DNA of 64,000 bases from Kiritimatiellia bacterium (GCA_045656225.1 JAZOQU010000039.1:523-64522); one strand, 5' to 3'; shown: positions 39,077 to 44,469, counted from the first letter of the stretch. Notes: a model not told the origin generated them from the sequence alone. Made by a program: numbers and translations.

Positions 39077-39563
39077 TTTTACTTGCCGCGTTCCGCGGCA
39101 GACGACTTAGATCGACTTTTATATGCTCCGGACGTACGGTAGGCTTTCCGTTGCGCCCCGGACTTGTCGCCTGCGGCGACGGGCGCAACGCAAACGCCTA
39201 TCCTCCCGTCCGTCCGTCGCATAAAGGAGTTAATTATTACACCTGCGCATGACTTGGAAGGAGATGCGCCGAAGAGCGAAGCTCGAAGGGAAGCCGCGCA
39301 GACCGAAGGTCGAGCGCACGAGCGTAGCGAAGTGGCCGCAAGGCGCCGCGATAAGGCGCTTAATCTCGTGGCGTCGGAGCGAAGCGACGACAAGTCCGGC
39401 CACGAGATTAAAGCCTTCCTTCCAAGGCTTGCGCTAAAGTCGTTCCAAGTCGTCTGCACCGCAGGAGCAAGTAAATCAAAACTAACCAACCACGAGCTTA
39501 AAGCTTCCTTACAAGGCTTGCGCCAAAGTCGTTCCAAGTCGTCGCGCCGTAGGCGCAGTAAAA
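39077..39563. repeat. hairpin-mosaic element E4 (insertion relative to cassette A)
   Basis: Same end modules as E1-E3 (two at the right end). Forward hairpin 39123-39222 and reverse hairpin 39354-39415. It occupies the gene 2 - gene 3 spacer, which in cassette A (33028-33048) is only about 20 bp. Confidence 0.8.
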
Positions 39564-39575
39564 CTTAAAGTTAGA

Positions 39576-39781
39576 AAGCCCGCCCGAATAATCGGACGGG
39601 CTTACCGTTTTGTTTAGTTAGAGTCGAAGTCGAAGTTGAAGTCGAACAATGGAATTTAACTTCCTTATTACTAACTCCTGACTCCTAACTACTAACTCCT
39701 AACCTATTAGGCGCGGCGGCGACGGAGAGCGAGGCCAGCAACGCCAAGGAGGAGGAGAAGACCAGAGGTCGGCTCCGGAGC
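39576..39781. repeat. inverted repeat IR-b, right copy
   Basis: See 32821-33027. Confidence 0.9.
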
Positions 39782-40228
39782 AACCTCGAAGCTGTTGTTC
39801 GCGAGGTTGGTAGCCTGATTGCCGAAACCGAAGGTCTTGGACTGCGAGTCGTTCTCCATCATGATGGAAGCGACAGACGTGACCGAAGCAGAGGTGCCAT
39901 CAGCGCCCCAGATAACGGCGAAAGCCTGATAGGTGTCCGTACCGCTGCCGCTGTAAGTGATAGTCTTGCCAGAGGTAGCAGCAGAGGCATTAGCCATACC
40001 GGTATTGCCAACCGTACCATTTGCGAACGCATAGGCAGAAGTGTCAGTACCAGCAGCAACGAGAGCGGTGATCTGATCAACAGATGTAACACCGTTCTGA
40101 CCGATTACGTAAACAGAGTAATCGCTGTTTTTGTAAGCGGTAGCACCCATCATCGACCAACCGACAGCAGCCGCGTTAGCCATCGCAGCCATCGCAACGG
40201 CGGCTACGAGAATCATGATTTTCTTCAT
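39707..40228 (-). CDS. cassette B gene 2: PEP-CTERM sorting-domain protein
   Basis: MKKIMILVAAVAMAAMANA signal peptide. C-terminus VAPEPTSGLLLLLGVAGLALRRRRA. The ORF is open from 40306. Confidence 0.85.
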   Translation of the reverse strand: MKKIMILVAAVAMAAMANAAAVGWSMMGATAYKNSDYSVYVIGQNGVTSVDQITALVAAGTDTSAYAFANGTVGNTGMANASAATSGKTITYSGSGTDTYQAFAVIWGADGTSASVTSVASIMMENDSQSKTFGFGNQATNLANNSFEVAPEPTSGLLLLLGVAGLALRRRRA

Positions 40229-40293
40229 TTTTTGTTTTCCTTTTTTTTGTTTTAGGCACGTTACACCATGCAACGCACGTAAATTGTTTTGAC

Positions 40294-41019
40294 TTAATAG
40301 GGGCAAGCAATCTCAATGTTGAACGTAAGGCTGTTCATATTATCGATAGCGAAGCCAGCACCAGGTTCGATTGTAACATTAACGGGAGTACCCATTTCAT
40401 CGCCCCAGAAGTTACCAGCCTCTTCACCAGCAGGATTCATCGACTTGTCAAAGTAGAAATAAATCGTTTCAGCGCTGCCGAGAGGACCAACAATCTGCAT
40501 CGTATCGCCCCAGCCAACAGTAGGCATTTCGCCAGTAGGCGTACCATCGTTGAGCTGAATAGCATTGATATTAATGGCAGCAGGGAAGGGGTTGCCCGTC
40601 CAATTGAAGTTAGCGCGAGCAGGGATGGAAACCTTGGCAGTAGGAACTTCACCTGCAGTGCGGATCTTGAACTCAAGACCGTTCATGTTATCAATCGCAA
40701 TACCATCGCCGGAATCGAACGAAACAGCAACAGGCGTACCCATTTCGTCGCCCCAGAAGTTACCAGCCTCTTCACCAGCAGGATTCATCGACTTGTCAAA
40801 GTAGAAGTAAATCGTTTCAGCACTGCCGAGAGGTCCAACGATCTGCATCGTGTCGCCCCAACCAACTGTAGGCATTTCGCCAACAGGAGTGCCGTCATCA
40901 AGCTGAATGGCGTTTATGTCGGTGGTATTAGCACCAGCCGTGACGAACATAGGAGCATACCAGTTAAAGTTAGCACGCGCATCCGTGTTATTATACCCAA
41001 CAATATTCGCGGACTCCAA
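40294..41019 (-). CDS. cassette B gene 1: 5'-truncated (no ATG, no signal peptide) tandem-repeat protein, candidate silent cassette
   Basis: Begins at ..LESANIVGY, where only a TTG is available. Homology to the cassette A gene starts exactly at IR-a. Two repeats of about 115 aa share a near-identical 50-aa core (DNA 40729-40878 and 40381-40530). Confidence 0.6.
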   Translation of the reverse strand: MESANIVGYNNTDARANFNWYAPMFVTAGANTTDINAIQLDDGTPVGEMPTVGWGDTMQIVGPLGSAETIYFYFDKSMNPAGEEAGNFWGDEMGTPVAVSFDSGDGIAIDNMNGLEFKIRTAGEVPTAKVSIPARANFNWTGNPFPAAININAIQLNDGTPTGEMPTVGWGDTMQIVGPLGSAETIYFYFDKSMNPAGEEAGNFWGDEMGTPVNVTIEPGAGFAIDNMNSLTFNIEIACPY

Positions 41020-41041
41020 TCCGAACGTTACTGCGGCACAG
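40993..41041. repeat. inverted repeat IR-a, right copy
   Basis: See 31552-31600. The outer boundary lies inside the palindrome GTTACTG-CGGCA-CAGTAAC (41027-41045). Confidence 0.9.
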
Positions 41042-41124
41042 TAACATTTATTTACATTATTCTACGAGCGAATGAATGCAGAATACAGTAATAAAATGTA
41101 AAATAGAGGGCAAAAAGGAGAAAT

Positions 41125-41991
41125 ATGACACCGACTATTGCGCAAGTAATAAAATGCTACAAAATAATCGCTGATATTGAGCGGGCGAAGACTGGGCGGC
41201 CTGGGGAAGGGACGAAGAAAAATGTCTTGAGAGGTACGGTTGCTGTTTGTAATGCTGCCGGGATAGCGTTGAGCGATAGTGTTGAGGTGTTGACGCGAAG
41301 GGCGATAGATAGGGCGCTAGCTGATTTTATGGTTCGGGGAATGACGCGGCTTTCGGCGTGGAGCTATATTTGTAAATTAAGGGGGCTTTTCGCTAAATGG
41401 TGTCTGCCATATTATAAGGACGCTGGGTGGGAAATACCGAAGTTGGAGTTGCCGGTGTTTCGAGCGCAGGCGCCGCGTTATATTAGACCGTCGAGCGAGT
41501 TGTTGGCAAGGGTTAAAAACTGGTACAGGTTGCAGAAGGGCGAGTATTGGTTCGCGGCGACGATGATGCTCGAGTTCGCTATGAGAAATGGAGATGTATT
41601 AAGGCTTACGGATTCTAATTTTGTTGAGAATGATAATGGTAAGTTTTTGTCGTATACGCCGCATAAAACTGAACTTACGTCTGCGCGGCGGGTTTATTGG
41701 CCGATCCATCCAGAGATATGGCAGAAGTTCGAGGATTATGGGCGATTAGCGGGACTGGATGTTACGAATGAGACATTCGAGGACATAAATCGCGATTTAC
41801 GGAATCTTGGATTTCACGGCTCAAAGGCAGCGTATGAATTGCGCAAGATTTGTATCGACCATATCTATCAGAAGTTTGGTGCAGAAATGGCAGTATCTAT
41901 CTCAGGTGATGACATCCGCACCATTACGAAATATTACGCCGACCCCGCCCAACCGAATATCGGAGCGGTTAGGGTCTTGGATTTGCTTTAA
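41125..41991 (+). CDS. tyrosine recombinase-like protein (divergent family member)
   Basis: 288 aa. Box I-like MRNGDVLRL. The segment HKTELTSARRVYWPIHPE resembles the Lys-containing beta-hairpin. Box II-like AYELRKICIDH, with Tyr in place of the first His. C-terminal ISGDDIRTITKYY provides a candidate nucleophile Tyr. It is divergently oriented, 84 bp from IR-a. Confidence 0.55.
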   Translation: MTPTIAQVIKCYKIIADIERAKTGRPGEGTKKNVLRGTVAVCNAAGIALSDSVEVLTRRAIDRALADFMVRGMTRLSAWSYICKLRGLFAKWCLPYYKDAGWEIPKLELPVFRAQAPRYIRPSSELLARVKNWYRLQKGEYWFAATMMLEFAMRNGDVLRLTDSNFVENDNGKFLSYTPHKTELTSARRVYWPIHPEIWQKFEDYGRLAGLDVTNETFEDINRDLRNLGFHGSKAAYELRKICIDHIYQKFGAEMAVSISGDDIRTITKYYADPAQPNIGAVRVLDLL

Positions 41992-42181
41992 CCCCTGTCA
42001 AACACTTTCTCGCTATTATTTTCAACTCACGCTAACTGCTACCCGCTAACTGTCAAAAGCTAATTATGATATAATATCCGCATATAAATTAATAGCAATG
42101 GGGCCTGTCCCCCTCAGATTTTGCTGTAAGGCTACGCTCGACAGGTTCTTGAAGGGTAGTTGGGCGGCATCGAGGAATAAT

Positions 42182-42379
42182 ATGGTTCCTATGGAGTCGT
42201 TTGTTAAGAGGACGATAGGCGATTCAGCAAGGGTAATGGAGGCGGTCTTTGATGAGGAGCGTACGACCGATGAGCTTATAGACGCTATCGCTGATTTGGC
42301 AGCGGGCTTAAATCCTATCGTCAGAGACGCAAGACGAGTAAGCGAGAACCTGGAGAAGGAGGATGAGGACGAGGATTAA
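42182..42379 (+). CDS. hypothetical small acidic protein
   Basis: Short ORF, open from 42098, with the acidic tail EKEDEDED. A TGATATAAT -10 candidate lies near 42066. No family recognised. Confidence 0.3.
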   Translation: MVPMESFVKRTIGDSARVMEAVFDEERTTDELIDAIADLAAGLNPIVRDARRVSENLEKEDEDED

Positions 42380-43071
42380 GGAAGCTGCTTGTTATTGAGG
42401 AACTTAAGCTCGTTATGTTTGAATGCTCTTGCACCACCGAAGAACCTATGTTCGCTTTCGGAAAGCTTCTCACCAGTTTCGAGCTTAAGTTTTACCAGAG
42501 TAAGAGTGCAGATTAAATCAGCAAGCTGGAATAATTTGTAATTTCGAGGAAGGACGCCCTGTGCGAAATCCACGGGGCAGCCGATGTCTGAAAAATATTT
42601 ATGAAGGAGATTTGTAATCGGCGCTTGACCGCAGTCGTAGTACACCTTAACCTTGCCAAGTCTTGAAAGCATGTCTTTATGATTGATTATAAAATCATTA
42701 AGTTGTGTTCCAAGACGTGAGACAATCTGAAGAGTAGAACTGATATATTTCTTATCAACGCTTAAACAATGATAGCGAAAATTCATCTTTCTGGCAAAAC
42801 TAAGCATTCTTGCGTAGATTTTCCCTCGCATGTGTCTTGAGAAGTATTCATAACCCTTTTCGCGACGAATGAGAGGCCCAGCATGAAAAATGAATGTGTC
42901 TTTATCTATACCAATTGACTCAAGAGACTGTTCGTAGTCGGCAATCAACTTGGATATGTCGATAGACTGGTCATGAAAAATCATGCCTAAAATATAAAAG
43001 CGAGAATCTTTGTCTGGATACTGAAAGCATCCAGATTCATCCACAAATATACTTAAAACATTATTATTCAT
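42376..43071 (-). CDS. DUF3800 domain protein (paralog 2)
   Basis: MNNNVLSIFVDESGCF.... Paralogous along its whole length to 27361..28053. The ORF is open from 43125. Confidence 0.7.
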   Translation of the reverse strand: MNNNVLSIFVDESGCFQYPDKDSRFYILGMIFHDQSIDISKLIADYEQSLESIGIDKDTFIFHAGPLIRREKGYEYFSRHMRGKIYARMLSFARKMNFRYHCLSVDKKYISSTLQIVSRLGTQLNDFIINHKDMLSRLGKVKVYYDCGQAPITNLLHKYFSDIGCPVDFAQGVLPRNYKLFQLADLICTLTLVKLKLETGEKLSESEHRFFGGARAFKHNELKFLNNKQLP

Positions 43072-43539
43072 TCTTAAAAAAACGAAAGTGACGAGAATTA
43101 CTTCCCGCCACTCACACGGGGACATTTCCCCGCATCAAGGTGATCCCTTCCTTGGGGATGAGACCACGTATATTTTAGCATAAGGAAATTGTAGCCGCAA
43201 GTGCCAATTTAGCATATTCGTTTTATGGTATTAGTTTGCGGGGATTTGACCACATTGGTGGGGGCAGACTGGTGGGGTGAATATTTTTATGCTATTGGAG
43301 TTACGCAAGGAACTTGGTATTAACAGTGCAAATTATTACATCGCAATATTTGACTCCAATGAAAAGAGAAGGATATATTGAAATTGAAAAAGGGGTTAAT
43401 ATGTGTAATTCGCGCGTAGACCCTCGGATTCAGTTGTGGGGGAATGGGGTTAGAGGCCGCTCCGCGGCGGTACACTAAGCGAGGCGAAGCCGAGGTAGCC
43501 AAGGCCGAAGGCCGCAGCCCCGAAGGGGTGCTCCAAGCA

Positions 43540-43762
43540 GCCGCAAAACTGAGTCGGTGACGAATCGTGCATTCGCACGATTGAATCGTCGCTGTCCGCC
43601 CTCATTTTGAGGCTTTGCCTCAGAGGTGCGTCCATCTCCGATTCACCCTATCGGGTTTCGTCACTCGCCTCAGACACGAAAGCCCTACGGGACACGAAAG
43701 CGTCTCCTTCGGAGACTTACACGAAAATGCAACATTTGAGAAGCTTTGTACAATCTACGAAG
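43540..43762 (-). repeat. structured repeat family N, copy N4
   Basis: The reverse complement reads CTTCGTAGATTGTAC...TTTTCGTGTAAG-TCTCCGAAGGAGA-CGCTTTCGTG-TCCCGTAGGGC-TTTCGTGTCTGAGGCGAGTGACGAAACCCGATAGGGTG.... Confidence 0.7.
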
Positions 43763-44202
43763 TTTGTCAATTTTGGCACAAATAGGTCTGACCTTGTTGT
43801 GCCACTTTTACACTCTCACGGCAATGTCCAATTGTCTTGGATTGACGCGGCGAGCGATGTTAATGACGCGTATCAACTTAACCCATCATAGCCTTACGAA
43901 GTAGATTGTAAGAGGAAGGGCACTATCAAGTCACTGACTAAGCGAAGCGCAAAAACGTATCATCCTTATTATAAATCCTCTATTTAGCGAAGTGTGGATT
44001 AAGCGGAGGTCTTCGAGTGAGACTCGCGAAGGATTGTAGCCGTAAGAGAGACTTTGTACGCAACCAGTGACGTTGTTGTGGCGTTCCCGGAGTAAGCGTT
44101 CTAACTTGTCTAGATAGTAAAGGCGTTACAATTCCGTAGCGAGTCGAGACCGAGAAGACGCTCCGTTAATCCACCGTAGCTCCTCACTTTCGTGGTTCGC
44201 GG

Positions 44203-44330
44203 CGGGTATCCCCCGAGCGAGATGCACCTGCGGCGTAGCCGCCAGGTTGCCCGAGGCCGAAGGCCGAGCCCCGAAGGGAGCGCAAGCGGCTGCGCGAGTC
44301 GCCGAAGGCGATGCCCTGGCAGGGGTGCCG
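44203..44330. repeat. right copy of the 128-bp island-bracketing inverted repeat
   Basis: See 25188-25315. Confidence 0.9.
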
Positions 44331-44469
44331 CAATGGTATGGTAGGGGGGCTGTGGGGGGGGGGCAGGGATGCAGGTGCAGCTTAAGGAACGGTGATAGCC
44401 TGTAATGCTGATAGCGTGGCGTTGGGTGATTAAGGGGTTTTGGGAACTGAAATTGTCGCCCTATATCCA

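Larger units (their letters stand above)
25060..44372. mobile_element. accessory / defence-type genomic island with quasi-palindromic architecture
   Basis: Lies between tsf and a DUF4190 gene. Coding regions are visibly AT-richer than the flanks. Mixed gene orientation, whereas every flanking gene is on +. Contains TA/Abi genes, a recombinase-like gene and island-specific repeats. Bracketed by 128-bp inverted repeats. Confidence 0.6.

Noticed and set aside
26741-39563. CRISPR array, because a unit of about 40 nt containing a hairpin recurs many times.
   Set aside because: The units occur in both orientations with irregular spacing. Their hairpin stems differ between copies. The sequences between them are themselves repeats. 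No cas genes are present in the window.
25060-44372. Classical integron or CALIN (cassettes with attC-like hairpins plus a tyrosine recombinase).
   Set aside because: I found no IntI-type integrase features, no attI/Pc arrangement, and no RYYYAAC/GTTRRRY core sites at the hairpin bases. The gene modules have their own promoters and mixed orientations. Only the general folded-hairpin analogy is kept as a hypothesis.
25060-44372. Prophage, or an ICE or other conjugative element.
   Set aside because: There are no capsid, tail, terminase, portal, relaxase, T4SS or replication genes. The only mobility-type gene is the single recombinase-like ORF.
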